Assembly: GCF_964204645.1 (NCBI RefSeq)
Contig: NC_134027.1
Span: forward strand, 11,378,485 to 11,442,484
Source: Tubulanus polymorphus
Lineage: Eukaryota > Animalia > Nemertea
Reading direction: 5' to 3'
DNA length: 64,000 nt
Of this stretch, positions 12,731 through 25,288 are shown in pieces. The first letter of the stretch is position 1, and the number at the start of each line of letters is the position of its first letter. Both the position numbers and the translations under genes were made by a program. The notes beneath the pieces were generated by a model, which was given only the letters and a program-made list of their open reading frames with translations, did not search any database and was not told the DNA's origin.

Positions 12731-13780
12731 CGGAAGATTTCAAATAACGAAAAATGACATATGTTCGCTAGTAAGGATCAGCTGTTTGCGAGTGGGACAG
12801 ATGTTATCGGAGACGATTTTGCGACAACGTCGAAGAACTGCGCGGTAGAACATGGCAGATTTCGTGAAAAAAGAAATCTCGCGATTATAAAAAAAAAAAC
12901 ATTTGGAAAAGAAGTCGTAAAAAACGAAATTGGATCGATTATCGAAATTGGATCGGATATCGCTCAATTTGGACACATTCTTTGGTACCAACTGATCTGA
13001 CTTCAGAAGTGGAAAAAAATTGCCAATTGTGTATAATCCAGATATCGCATACCGCGAGATGATGAGAGGTTAACTTTACCATTCTAATCTAGAATAGGAT
13101 TCCTTTTCTCGGAATTTCTTTTTTAAGTATCTTTCTAAGAACGCGCGCGGCGCGTATATAGTTTCGTATTTCAATCGAATCGAAATGCCATCCGCCAACT
13201 TCAAAAGTACCCGACAACGCTCGCTCGACAAGTCACATCACGATGTCGTTTCAAGACACGGATATTTATAGAACGGCCTTAAAACGCCTGATTTCGTAAC
13301 CGGCGCTAAGAACGACTAAACATCTTGAGCTTTTTCATCTTCATCGCGCGGAACTACAAATTCCGCTAATAACGCGCGCATACCTCGGCAAATGAAATGA
13401 ATACGATAGCGTTCCATTTCACATCACTAAAAACATTCGTCGAATGCTCGAAACGAGCAGCAGCTAAAAATAATGAGTTTTCAGTGTTTGTGTCTCATTT
13501 TATTGCCTTCAGCGGTTCGAAGCTAATCAACTATTCTCCAATGTCTATATTCACTAGTGCATCCATTAAAACTTCAATGAGTTTTCGGCTGTTTTTGTCA
13601 TTTTGCTTGGCGACGCCGGCAGCACTTCAATATTGGTAGGGAGGGGGGGGCGACGATGACATGATTGTTGATCGTCACAAATCGGCGCTCCCATGGCTGA
13701 ACGGGTTAATATGAGGGTAGACTACCCAAAACAAAAATGAAAAATCACTGCACAAAAATGCTATTCCCTGGCTTGTAGAA

Positions 13781-14024
13781 AGCATTTTTGGCCCTTGCAT
13801 CGGACCAGGCCCTAGCCAAATTTTAGCACCGGTTAAATTATTGTATATGAATTTCAACTGGTTCCGGATGTAACTCACTTTCCTATGTTTAAGCATCGTT
13901 TATAATTGAGTGAATGGTTTGCATACATATGAACGCACTCTCTAATCAGGAACAGGCCAAATTTGAATCGGGCCTGATCCGTGCCAATTTGGCCCCGGCA
14001 AAATCGTCTCCGTGTGATCGCGAC
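13781..14024 (+). mobile_element. MITE family A
   Basis: Ends ATCGTCTCCGTGTGATCGCGAC|TTA. Confidence 0.85.
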
Positions 14025-15102
14025 TTATATCGTTCATCAAGGACAGATAGTTTTGGTTCATTTATCCACCTAGTACCTGGAATTGGACGTTCCGTCTTAC
14101 TCGAGATATATCTGCGGACAAAAAAGAGAAAAGTGGGTTTTGTAACATTCAGCTAGAAAGAAGTAAGGACCTGTGGGGAAGGCTTCTTCTGTACATATTG
14201 ATAAATTAGTAGAGATGATTTGGTCCGTATTAAACTAGTCCCGAACCAATCCATGTGATATTTGGCCCATGTCCAACTGAAGAGCATGTTTACGGGTAAA
14301 CTGACTAACAACGCTATCAAAATGATGCTGAGGTAACAGGCACATTTCTAGGGGGTATTTAGGGGGCTAAAGGCAAACCTCTTTAGAAAATTCCTTTTGG
14401 GCCATTTTCAGGCCTACATGCCGAATTAAGGGGTTGGAATGTCAGTGGCGCCCTCTTTATCCGCCCTTGTAGTAATAGAAACATAAGGTGTGGGACCGCT
14501 GGGAATGTCAAAGCTGTAGTCGCTTCATTCGATCTTAACAGTAATCCTTCCGAATGATTACTCGAAGATTTAATTGTGAGCGCAACCATCGAACAACGGC
14601 ACTTCAATAGATTACATTCATTTCCTTGGTTTATACTTCCAATCTTTCGTATACATCCTACCTATCACGAATACTTCATTTAGCGCCCGATGCGAAGAAC
14701 GACGATGATTGCCCGTGATATGGACACTATGTACCTGATTATCGCCGCTGACCGCTCATAAACAAGGTCGCATTACGCGTAGATGACCACACATCGGCGC
14801 TAATCGAATTACCCAGCGAATTATCCTGGTTTCGTGATAAACCTAATCTTATTTAGAACGCTACGGTCTCGGTCACCTAACATCCATAAATACTGCAAAA
14901 CATGCATTCAACGGATATTCGACGCGAGGCCTTAATCAATTTACGGCCGTTGGAATTTCCCTATATGTTTCTCAGGGTGTAATTCGGTTAGACATCCTAG
15001 TGTTGATGGGGTATTCGGTACGTTCTATGAAACCATAAAATTGTTAGTACCCAAGCGCGGCGTGATATCGAAAATATTTCGCAGCTTGGGTTAGAAAGGT
15101 AA

Positions 15103-15306
15103 GCCGCGATTACACGGAGACGATTTGGCCCGGCCCAAATTGGCACGGATTAGGCTCGAGCCAACCACTCACTAGATACTAAACGATGTTCAAACAAAGT
15201 GAAATGGGTCGATTTCGGCACCAGTTGCAATTCAAATGCAATCATTTGGTCTGGCCAAATTTGGCCCAGGCCAAACAGGTCCCGCCCATTTGACTTTGAT
15301 TGTGGC
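15103..15306 (-). mobile_element. MITE family A, internally deleted
   Basis: TAA|GCCGCGATTACACGGAGACGATTTGGCCCGG...GATTGTGGC. Confidence 0.85.
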
Positions 15307-15399
15307 TGTGGTAGGACCTTCGGATCTGGTAAAACTTCAACCATCGACCGTCGCTACTGCTTTTAGAGAACAAATGGCCAATCAAAAACTGAAAACTGA

Positions 15400-15740
15400 T
15401 TCGATGCCGATAATTCGGCCGCGTGCCCACTCATGGCGACGAGGAATACCTCGCCCGTATCAAACACCTTTGATATTTAATTCTGGTTCGATTACGCACC
15501 GGCGATCGGATCTGCTCCGCCTTCGCTCGTTTACTCGATCAGATCTTTATCAACCGATCGGATGCATTGTCAAGTCTCCGCCCCAGGCATACGCTGTCGG
15601 AACTTCGTTTCGATCGTTGCGTACGTGCCCGCTAGTATCGGGGACGGGGTACAAATTCATCGGCAAATTCGCCGGTGAATTTTGCCGGTGAATTCAATCA
15701 TTGCAATCTGGCGAAAAAATATGCTCGTCCGCCGTTAGCT
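15400..15740 (-). mobile_element. Diverged MITE family B copy
   Basis: CGCCCGTATCAAACA, GTGCCCGCTAGTATCGGG and GGCGAAAAAATATGCTCGT match 54141-54513. Confidence 0.65.
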
Positions 15741-16196
15741 CAACACACCAATCACCGATCCGAGAGCAATCACCTAGCGTGCCCTGCGCGTCTTTTCTTT
15801 CAAAATACACCCGTGACTAGAAAAAAACCGATCAGCACAAAAGTTGCCTAGTACCGTGTTCCCGGCATAAGTGATTAAAAAAAAAAACGATTTCTAAATG
15901 TCAACTTCTATCGCGTTGTTTTTGTTTTCTAATTCGCGGATTACGTTCGAGTAACTTGTCACATCAACGCCAGTTGTGTTTAAAACATTTTCTAGAGGCT
16001 TCGTAATTCATCTTTCAAATCGCCCGTTAAACTCACAACAGCCTCGCGTATCGAAACGCGTTTAACGGTGACGTTTCCATAGTTACACACAACACTACGT
16101 TTATAATCCGACGACTGGGAATTTCAAAAGCGGGAGGTGGACCATGAAAAAATGCGCAAATCAAAATTCACGACAGGTGTCTTCTGCTTCACGCAG

Positions 16197-16470
16197 GAGT
16201 TCAAGTTCAAGTTCAAGTTTGTTTTCCATACATAAATGGTTAAGAAAATACCCCACAGAGAATACATTATTTTTCTCCAAGAAAGATATATACATTATAT
16301 ATGGCAGGATGCAGGGAAGCCAATTTAAGCTGTCAACCGAAAGTCCAATGCCCCCTGACAACAGGGCTAACAATACAGCGCAAATACAAGTGATATGGTT
16401 GAGATGGGATGGGGAAAGAAAACAGATAGCCCCGTACAGGACTGCTGTCAATAACTTGATTCATTGAACT
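16197..16470 (-). mobile_element. 3' end of a retroposon (LINE/SINE) with (AACTTG)n tail
   Basis: Minus strand ends GGAAAACAAACTTGAACTTGAACTTGAAC; CpG-poor body. Confidence 0.5.
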
Positions 16471-16638
16471 ATGAAGGAAAATATTTCAGGGTGGCTTCAC
16501 TTTTATTTGTCTTGCTTATTCCCTGACAACTCTCTGTTACGCACACGCTTTTTCATCCGAGTTCATCTGCTAAGAATCCAATCAATTAATACAGTCAGAT
16601 ACGTAAGACATAGACAGAGACTGTTTGATTATACCGTA

Positions 16639-16812
16639 CACGCGATCTAGCAATCTCGACAAACTTCCCCGACTTATCAATGATTTTAAGCTTCTTTTTT
16701 TTTTTTACAAAATTCCCAGACTATTCCCGCGCGATCTAGCAATCTCAACAAATTTCTCCGACTTATCCCCCATGATTTAAAGCTCTTTTACAAAATTCCT
16801 GGACTATTCCCT
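16639..16812. repeat. Tandem duplication, 2 x ~88 bp
   Basis: CGCGATCTAGCAATCTC.ACAAA.TT..CCGACTTATC...TACAAAATTCC..GACTATTCCC twice. Confidence 0.88.
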
Positions 16813-18004
16813 GATTTCCACATAAAATCATCGACATCGTGAACTTAAACAGTCAGAATGTCACGTGCGGATGTTTCGTCGAAATACGAAGAAACGCGTG
16901 TTGTAGAGGAATCAGTTATCAAGAGTAAGAACTTACGCTAATGCATTTCCCAATTCCTTACGCATCAAATCGGTATTTTTCCGCCGGCCAGAAGGATAAA
17001 AACATAAACGGCGAATCGCGAAACGTTTGGCAGCGCCAATCATCCCTTCGCTCGGTAATTCCATTACGAAATAGCATTTTTCGAAACGACGTCGTCGTCG
17101 TCGTCGAACAGAAAATCTGATTCGGCGTTGATTTATTTCGGGAGATTAAGATAAAAATAAAAGCAATTTATTTTTGACCGTATTAATAAATCTTCTCAGC
17201 GTGTTGAGCCTTTCTGACGACACTGAAAAAAAAAACGACTGATAAATTGATATTCAATTTTCGTCATCGTTTTTGAGCGTTTTACGCTCACGCCCGGATT
17301 TATAAATTGAAAACCATTTCGGGTTGAACTTTCTACTCTCTTTAAAAAATTTTTCATCGCATCGAGAATCACGATTGGCGACGATAAAAAATCGCAGATT
17401 TGACCGCGTACGATCTGATCGGATCTTAGCGCGACCTGAATTAAGTCCACCCTTATCTAACAGCGGCACAAACAATCGCGCGTCAAGCGTAACCTTCCCG
17501 TAATTATTACTCCAAGGCAAATCTCACATTGTCAAAGTTAATAGATCAGTTCATCAGCGCTGCCGCCGTGGCAGGCTGAGAAATTCCCCAGCAGAAAATT
17601 CCGCGCGCGATGACATCTAATTAAATCAACAACAAATCTTGTCAGTAGCAGTTTGAATAATCCGCCAGAACCCCAGTTACGGTCCATCGCTAGTTTCACG
17701 TAGATAGATCGTTGAGATATAGCCTGTCACTGAGAAACTAATAAAATTTTATCATAATTTCATCAGCGTGCGAGCAATTGTTTGTGCATAGGAAAGACGT
17801 TTGAGCGATTCCGCGATGATATAAATCTCTATTACTGTCAGTTGACCAGTGTCGTCGATGATGATTCCTAAAAGACACGCGCTACGAGTTATTTCACTAA
17901 CGGGCCAGCTGCGGCAATCGAGGATTATGCACTTAAACTCTGCTGGTAGTTCATTTCGTAATGTCGTGATCCTTTCTCTCCGCGTTTCGATCGAAATTAT
18001 CAAC

Positions 18005-18445
18005 GACGAGAAAACTATAACTTGAATTGATGCCTTGAAGAAAAATAACACACACATATTGTGTGTTATTTTTCGCATGTATTGCGTAATATCGTCGAAA
18101 ATGGATTATGTATAAATGATATAATATCGAGGATCAATAAAGTTGCCTTGAATTTGAGTATATCAATAATTGAATTGAGCGGCAACCAGTCTAGTCCCGA
18201 TATATATTGATGACGTAGCGCACATCCTCTAAAAAAATTATCAAAGATCAATCAAAAATGATTAAGAGTTATGAAATATGTTTGATTAAAAAATAAACGC
18301 CAAAATTCGCAATTGTCATTGTTATTTTGAAACGCCAACATTGATGACATAATGCACATCGACTCACGCAGAACCCCTTATATATTGCATAATAGGTATC
18401 AATGTAACAGATTATTGCAGCAGTATTTACAACATCAAAAAACTG
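18005..18445 (-). mobile_element. Family F, DINE-1/Helentron-like element
   Basis: Reverse complement of 19183-19550 and 34719-35119. Confidence 0.85.
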
Positions 18446-19182
18446 TACTGAGCACTGTACCAGTAACAAAAAGTGATAACTTTCTCTGTAAAAAATAGCA
18501 TGCATGGATTTGCGAGCGTCAAATTCGCGGTTCAAAGTTGAGATCGCAAGTTTGACTACACAAGACCAACAGTTAGTCATGCCGGAATAGCTACGCTTAA
18601 TTTATTGGATTTGTCTCTTTCAACCGATATCGATCTCGCTCGCAAGATATCGGTCGACGTCCTTCTCGGTCGATAAAAACTATTCCGACAAATGTTTGCA
18701 AAAATCGCACGAAATAAAACCGTAATTCACGAGATAAGGGTTATTTTGAACACACCGATTTTAAGTAAGCGCCCGTCACAGTTTAACATCAAAGCAATCA
18801 ACGTCTAAAGATAGATCAGCGCGTAATTGATGCTCAATTACGATGCAGAAACTGGCTTTTAAACATTTTGTATTCGCCAACACTGCTTACAGGAACTCAG
18901 GAACTCCGCTCCTTTAACGGCAGTCTTAATGACGCCAACTAATTCGGGGACTAATTTCGCATCCGGAAGTCAATCTCGGGATATGGGAAACGGTGTCAAG
19001 TGATCAGAATGAACCTGAAAGTCTTGACTACGCGCCAGAATCCGGGTAGAATTAATTCCTCTCATGTTCAGCGCATTCCGGTGATCTAATACGCGAATAC
19101 TAATACATATATAGACGTATCGAAATTTCTAAAATACGAATTAAAGAAAATGTCGTGAGTCACGTCGAGATAGCCAACACAG

Positions 19183-19550
19183 ATTTTTGATGCCCTAAAA
19201 ACCGTTACAATAATGTTATATACATTTATGCCTAGTATGCGTTATATAAGAAGTTCTGTGTTCTTTTGACATTTATTCAATAATCAAATATATTTCATTA
19301 CTCTCATTCTATTTTTGATAAATTTGGATCATTATTTTCAAGAGGATGTGCACTACTTCGGTACTTCGGGGGGGGGGGGATAGGGGGGATGTGGGGTGAG
19401 ACCTTGCCAATTCGATCATTGGTACATTCAAATCCAAAATAACTTTGTTGATCCTTAATATCATATAATTCATATCACAATATCTATTACAATATTACAC
19501 AATATATGTTTTTTTCAATGTGTCAATAAACGTTGAAGTTGGTTTTCTGT
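19183..19550 (+). mobile_element. Family F, DINE-1/Helentron-like element
   Basis: TTTTTGATGCCCTAAAAACCGTTACAATAATG ... GTGTCAATAAACGTTGAAGTTGGTTTTCTGT. Confidence 0.8.
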
Positions 19551-20494
19551 CTAACTCGCCTTTAGGCTTAAAATGATGGAAATGAACTCAGTTTAACTAT
19601 ACAGCCTAACCTGGTCATTTAAACTGGTTTATACATCCATATGGAGCCTAAAGAATCAAACATCGAATCATCTACTAGACCCTTGAGGTTGATCGGAGCC
19701 ATTAAACAGTAGCATTTGGCACATGCGCCGATACCCTATGACACCTATGACAATGCCTTATGTTATCGTGCATATCACCACACCCAAGATTTAAGTTATT
19801 TAATTTGGTACATTCGGCGAAAGCAAAATCATAATCAAAGCCATTGACTCCAGTCTACATGAATATCATAGAAATTGAAGACATATATTTCCTGGTTCGC
19901 AAGACAAATGTCAATTTCGATTTTTGTTATTAACCAGTACATAAGCTCATATACCGGTAACAAACCATGTTCAGGCGATAATAGATTTTAACGGTAAGCA
20001 TTTAGCAGTATATCGGTAGCCCTCTAGGCTATAAAGATATTCTATCGCGATCACATAGGGTTGCATTCTCTGAATCACTCTCTCTCGGGAGAAAGCCCGA
20101 GTCGAATTCGGCCAATGACTGATTAGAGAGCGTGTTGGCCACGCAGGGTGGCCACCTGGTCGAAAGCAATACCGTCTTTGAATTCCCGGAATTTTTTCAA
20201 GGGTTTTGGTAAAATTTGTCAAATTCCCTGATCTTTTTCTAGATTTGTCAGTTTCTCTGAATTTTCCAGGTTTACCAAGTCAGTCGCCAGCCTGTGACAC
20301 ACGCAGATGCTGAAGAAAGGCAAGTCACCTAGCGCGTGAACAATATTGGCCCAAACTGGCAGGGGCTGAATTTTACGCCCGTCCAAAATGCGCGAATCGC
20401 CCCACCTGCCTTACTCTGAGCTGTGTGCGTGTGACCTAATCATCTCACCGATTGCTCGATCACTTGTTTGTAGGCGTGAATTAAATTCGCATTG

Positions 20495-20543
20495 GTGTGA
20501 CCATAGACCTATGTACCACTAGTTTATAAGTCCATGGTGTGAA
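20495..20543. mobile_element. 35-bp P-element-like relic with 7-bp TSD
   Basis: GTGTGAC|CATAGACCTATGTACCACTAGTTTATAAGTCCATG|GTGTGAA. Confidence 0.6.
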
Positions 20544-21896
20544 CCTTTTATTACTGCGCACACCCTGATAGATGTTTGAACGACTAATGAACGCGCACAC
20601 TTTCATTTAGATTATGTCCTCGAGGGCGCGAATCCCATAATCCAATAGATAGACGCGAGGTGATGCATACCCATCGGGATATATTGAACACAGATATACC
20701 GAGATATGCGAGTAAACTAATCAGTATCTTATACTTGTATACTTTCAGAATTACTAGCAATATGTGCGATCGGCTTCAAGAAACCTGTAATGATCTTGTT
20801 GGAGTGCCGACAAAGCGCCGATGATGCAAGTTTGTTCAATCAATCGGTTACCTGTATATAATACACGTGATTAGCCGGAAACTGGATGCCATTTGGTATT
20901 ATATAAGACGACGAGAGTTATAATACGGGGAATACAACTGAATCATCCAGTAATAAAATGAACGACCGTGCAGTGGTGGCGGTGGTGATCGTTATGCGCG
21001 CGCTCAGTACGAGTACGTTCGCTCGATGATCCGGTCGTCTTCAGAACGAGCTGAAGAAGGACGGCTACAATATCGTAGCTGCATTCGCACTCATCGCGAG
21101 AGAAAATAGGAAATACAAGGAAATTCGCGAAAATATCTACGAAATTCGGACAACCGCAATTTTCGCAAAATTAACGAGTCATTTCAAACACCGGTGGCGC
21201 CGATTACCGGATTACCCGATTACTCGGAAATGGACTAAATCATTTCGAAATCACCCCGTAAAAGCTCTTAACGTGTCGGGGCGTGTCGTATTTTTATCGT
21301 CGGCGGAAAGTGTTAATATCGTTATAAAAACGCCGTCATTCGACGCGTATTCGTGTATGTTCGGCGAAAAAGAAACGCGCTGCGTTCGCGATACTTCGAA
21401 GCGTCATTACGCCGTGTTTGCGTAACTGATGCAGGTATCCGGTGTTTTTCGCGTGAGTTCTCCGCTGCGTTTAATACCGCCGCATTTTAACACTTTCGAT
21501 ATCATCGATAGAAGTAGAAACAAACTGAAAACGTGGCCGATGTTTACCCGACGACGACAACGTTTCGCGGAATAGCTTTCACACGCTTTTTCGATCGCGC
21601 GCGTGCGTGTGTGAACAACCGCTACTACTACGACAACAACCGGGAATTAACTTATAATAATGAAACTTGTTCCGCGGAAAACGTGCGTATACGAAACCGT
21701 AGCGACTTATTTTTCACGGAACACTGCTGAATCGGGGATCACTGGTAATTTTGATTATCGCGAATTGTAACCGAAGCGAGAGGCTAGCAGCGGCGGAGAA
21801 CGCGGAGTATTACGAGACGAGCTACGACAACGAACACGCAACCGCGACGAAAGCTTCGTTCGAGATTTTTTCCATCGTCGTGTCATCGGTTACGTC

Positions 21897-23015
21897 ATGA
21901 ATAATGCGTCCGTCGTGGGTGCCACGGCATCGGTAGTGGCGAACCATTCGAACAACGTCGAATACATGCTTTCGAACGCGACTAAAAACGGCAACTTCAG
22001 CGATTACGAAGCGAAATACGACCAGTGGCCGGAGACACCGCTCGATCGCATCGAATACAGCATACACCTTTACGTGCCGCCGTTTCTGATCGTTATCGGT
22101 ACGATCGGCAACATCCTGTCGTACGTCGTGCAATGTCGGCCGCATATGATGCAATCGTCGTCTGCTCATTACCTCGCCGTGTTGGCGTTTTCGAACACGG
22201 TCGCTTTGCTGATAGGGTGCGGCACGGACTGGATGTCGCGCAACCTACTGAAACAGCACTTCATATCCGACCTGACCGACTGGCTTTGTAAAATATGGAA
22301 GTTTCTGTTCGCGATGTCGGTGCACTTTCCGACTTGGCTCGTCGTCGCGATGAGCATCGACCGCTCGATCACCGTTTGGAATCCGCGGCGCGCGCCACAG
22401 ATTTGCACGCTGTTCAAAGCGCGCATTTTCACGATCGTCATCATCGTCGGACTACTGTGCATCAGCGTGCACGCGATGTGGACTTACACGCTCATCGACA
22501 AGCAGTGCTACCTAGGCCAGGCGCATCATTTCTTCCATACGCAAATCTGGCCGTGGATACAGGCCATCATGTTCAGCTATATTCCGCTGGTGATCATATG
22601 CTTCACGTCGTTGATCCTGATCATCGGGCACCAACGCAACAAACACAACGTGCAATACCAGCCCGAGCTAAGTCCGGTGGTTATCTGCGTGACTATATCG
22701 TACTTCGTTCTCGGCAGTCCCTCGATCATACAGAACATCGTCGAGTACACCTTACCGACACACATGCGAATGGACAACAACGTGCGCGCGGCCGTGTTCT
22801 TGGCGCGCGCGGTCACGCAGGTCGAGTCGTGCATGAACTACTCGATACTGATTTTCTGGCACATGATCTGCAATCGAAACTTTGTCAGGGAACTACGCGA
22901 TCTGTTCACGTTTCCGAAGCTGCGCGATCGCAACCGTATGCAAGCCGTGCCGACGGTCGAGATCAACGGCGAAGGTGTCAAACTCGATTCGGAAATAGGC
23001 GTAACGACGTTGTGA
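21897..23015 (+). CDS. Intronless class A (rhodopsin-like) GPCR, FMRFamide-receptor/GPR139/sex-peptide-receptor-like group, 372 aa
   Basis: Seven hydrophobic segments; TM1 GxxGN (GTIGNILS), TM2 YLAVLAFSN, Cys at top of TM3 (LCKIW) plus ECL2 Cys (KQCY), TM3 MSIDRSITVWNP, TM5 SYIP, TM6 Pro (GSPS), TM7/H8 MNYSILIFWH..NRNFVREL; four N-terminal N-glycosylation sequons (NAS, NHS, NAT, NFS); GC3-rich codons; gtcATG context. Confidence 0.93.
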   Translation: MNNASVVGATASVVANHSNNVEYMLSNATKNGNFSDYEAKYDQWPETPLDRIEYSIHLYVPPFLIVIGTIGNILSYVVQCRPHMMQSSSAHYLAVLAFSNTVALLIGCGTDWMSRNLLKQHFISDLTDWLCKIWKFLFAMSVHFPTWLVVAMSIDRSITVWNPRRAPQICTLFKARIFTIVIIVGLLCISVHAMWTYTLIDKQCYLGQAHHFFHTQIWPWIQAIMFSYIPLVIICFTSLILIIGHQRNKHNVQYQPELSPVVICVTISYFVLGSPSIIQNIVEYTLPTHMRMDNNVRAAVFLARAVTQVESCMNYSILIFWHMICNRNFVRELRDLFTFPKLRDRNRMQAVPTVEINGEGVKLDSEIGVTTL

Positions 23016-23043
23016 AACTTTCGTCGTGCGATCGTCGTTGTAT

Positions 23044-23049
23044 AATAAA
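23044..23049 (+). terminator. Candidate polyadenylation signal of the GPCR
   Basis: AATAAA about 28 nt after the stop; alternative AATAAA at 24040 and 24111. Confidence 0.35.
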
Positions 23050-23280
23050 CCGCGGAGCTTACATTACTGGTGCGCGAATACGACCGACTTGGGTACGCGA
23101 ATCCAGTAAACATGTGGACTAAAATGGGGTACCGGCTATCGAGGATTCAGGTTGGCTCCGCACTGTTAGCTAGTCACTCTCGTACTTACCCAACTTTCTT
23201 CTGAAGGTAAATCAACTATTTTAAAGGTCATTGGCAGATTAACTTCCGGAATTTTCTATTTATCCCGGTTACCTAAATCA

Positions 23281-23589
23281 GCCCTCACCAGGTATTTGAC
23301 CTGATGGCATTGGGATTCGCCATGGTACATTACCCTGCCTAACTAGCCTGAGTGCGCAGCTACATGTGCAGCTTAGATGATATCATTATCAGCCAATCAG
23401 AAATCACATTTTATCTAAGTCCACGTTTTTCATTTATAGTTAACCTGTGAAATTTGCCTGATACAACATGCAATCTGATTGGTGCTGCAAGTTTTAGTGC
23501 GCCAAACCTGTACACTTGGAATAGTACGGCAGGGTTTCGTGCCATGGCTAAGATGCCATCAGGTTTTGAATTCCCATTGAGGGAGGATG
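23281..23589 (+). mobile_element. MITE family H (B-box TIRs), diverged copy just 3' of the GPCR
   Basis: ACCTGATGGCAT...ATGCCATCAGGT inverted arms; core TAGCCTGAGTGCGCAGCTAC..AGCCAATCAG..CTGATTGGTG shared with 54539-54878. Confidence 0.8.
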
Positions 23590-25288
23590 GGTCACCCAAT
23601 GAAGTTTACTGAATTATTTTGATAGCGCCCCTGTGGTCGAAAAGCTGGTTTCACTTTCACCATTGCTAATTGGGCCCCATTGCTATATCTTGAGCAGTGA
23701 CATCAACTGGATCTACAATTTTGACAGCGTAACCATGCTGTTCAGCAGATCCATCGATGGCTGTTCACCCAGATACCAGCGGGATGACTCCTACTAGTTC
23801 ACTATGAACTAGAAGCAATGCAAATATGAACCCATTCATTATGCCCATTTCATTCTTTAATGAAGCATATTTCAAGCACTTTACCTACCTCGATCCATAG
23901 GAGTTGTTTCTGAATTTGGAATTTGATAATTTCGATATGCCAATGACCTTTAAAACCTCAGCCAACCATTTTATGGAAGAATGCCATATCTTTCAGTAGG
24001 CATTCAGATTTGGTTTCAGTTCTAAGTTGATTGAAAATGAATAAATTTTTAGTAAAACTGACCGTTATTCAGGTGTGTGCCGGTACCCTATTGAAAAAAA
24101 ATATTCGGTGAATAAACTAAATTAAAAGTTGTCCGATTGTCTACTACTGCTGGATGAAATATCATATCATATATGCTATGGAATAATCTCTGTAATATAT
24201 GCTTGTATGGTCTTTCAATGATTCATAATCGGATAATGTTTATTTATGAAAAAAACGATCCCATTCTATCCTCGACGGGCCGGGCTTGATAAATCTTGCC
24301 AGCGCATTTTCCTGCGCGCAAGCAAGAAGACTTGGCGAAAAGTGTGAACGGTCTTAAGGACTAAATCTTAACAGTTTTTAAACGTCTCAATCATTTATCT
24401 TTTGACTTGGCGTGCATCGAGGTTGCTTTAATCAAGGGGTGGATCGAGAGATTTGAACAGACGGGGTCAAGCCCAGATGTTTTTTAAACATTTCAATGAA
24501 AGATTCATTCACGAAAATTTGCATATTACCTACAGTAATTTCAGGCAGAGGTCATTTCAACGATTGTCGAGACCCCCTAAAACCCCCCTCCCTTGGATCC
24601 CTGTAATCTGGATAAATCCGGAGCTAATAGGAACATTGTTTACGCGCAGTTAGCCAGTACGTAAATTATGATTTCTCGTTTGAGTGAGTGGAGTCTGAAG
24701 AAGTATAACATCTGATTCAAAGGTTTCATTTGTCGGAACATGCACTCGAAATCTTAGTTTCATTTCCACTGGACATTATGTATGTAAAGACTACTTTCAA
24801 TGGCTTAAAAGCTGCCACTAGAAAGCTGTCGTGTATATATTGTCATGTACAGCCACTCAATCATCCGGCAACGCATTACCTTCAATTGGTACACAAGTGT
24901 GGCGCGAAGTATTTCCAAAATTTGACACGTAGCGATAAATCTTATCCTACGAGCGACGAATCAAATCCACACCGCTATTAATCATCTGAAGCAGACGTGT
25001 TTAGGAATATCACCCGATATAACAACAAGAATCATCGACGCGCGATGATATTGAGTCATATCAGAATCAGAGTCGCATAGAGGATGAAGTCAAGGAGGAT
25101 ACAGTTCCGAGAGAAAGAGAGAGAGTGTATTGAAAATTCCAAACGTATATATTGGATTTCGTAACGATTGCTACCCGATGGCATCAGAAGCACCTGTAAC
25201 ACGGAAAACGGATGTTAAATTGTTGCAACATTTCCATGAAAAACATATCTACGCCGATAACGGCCGAGTTCTACAACGATCTCCGTAA

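Noticed and set aside
22295-23122. 275-aa overlapping ORF and antisense ORFs over the GPCR
   Set aside because: Arg/Ala/His-rich shadow frames expected from GC3-rich codon usage; no recognisable domain.
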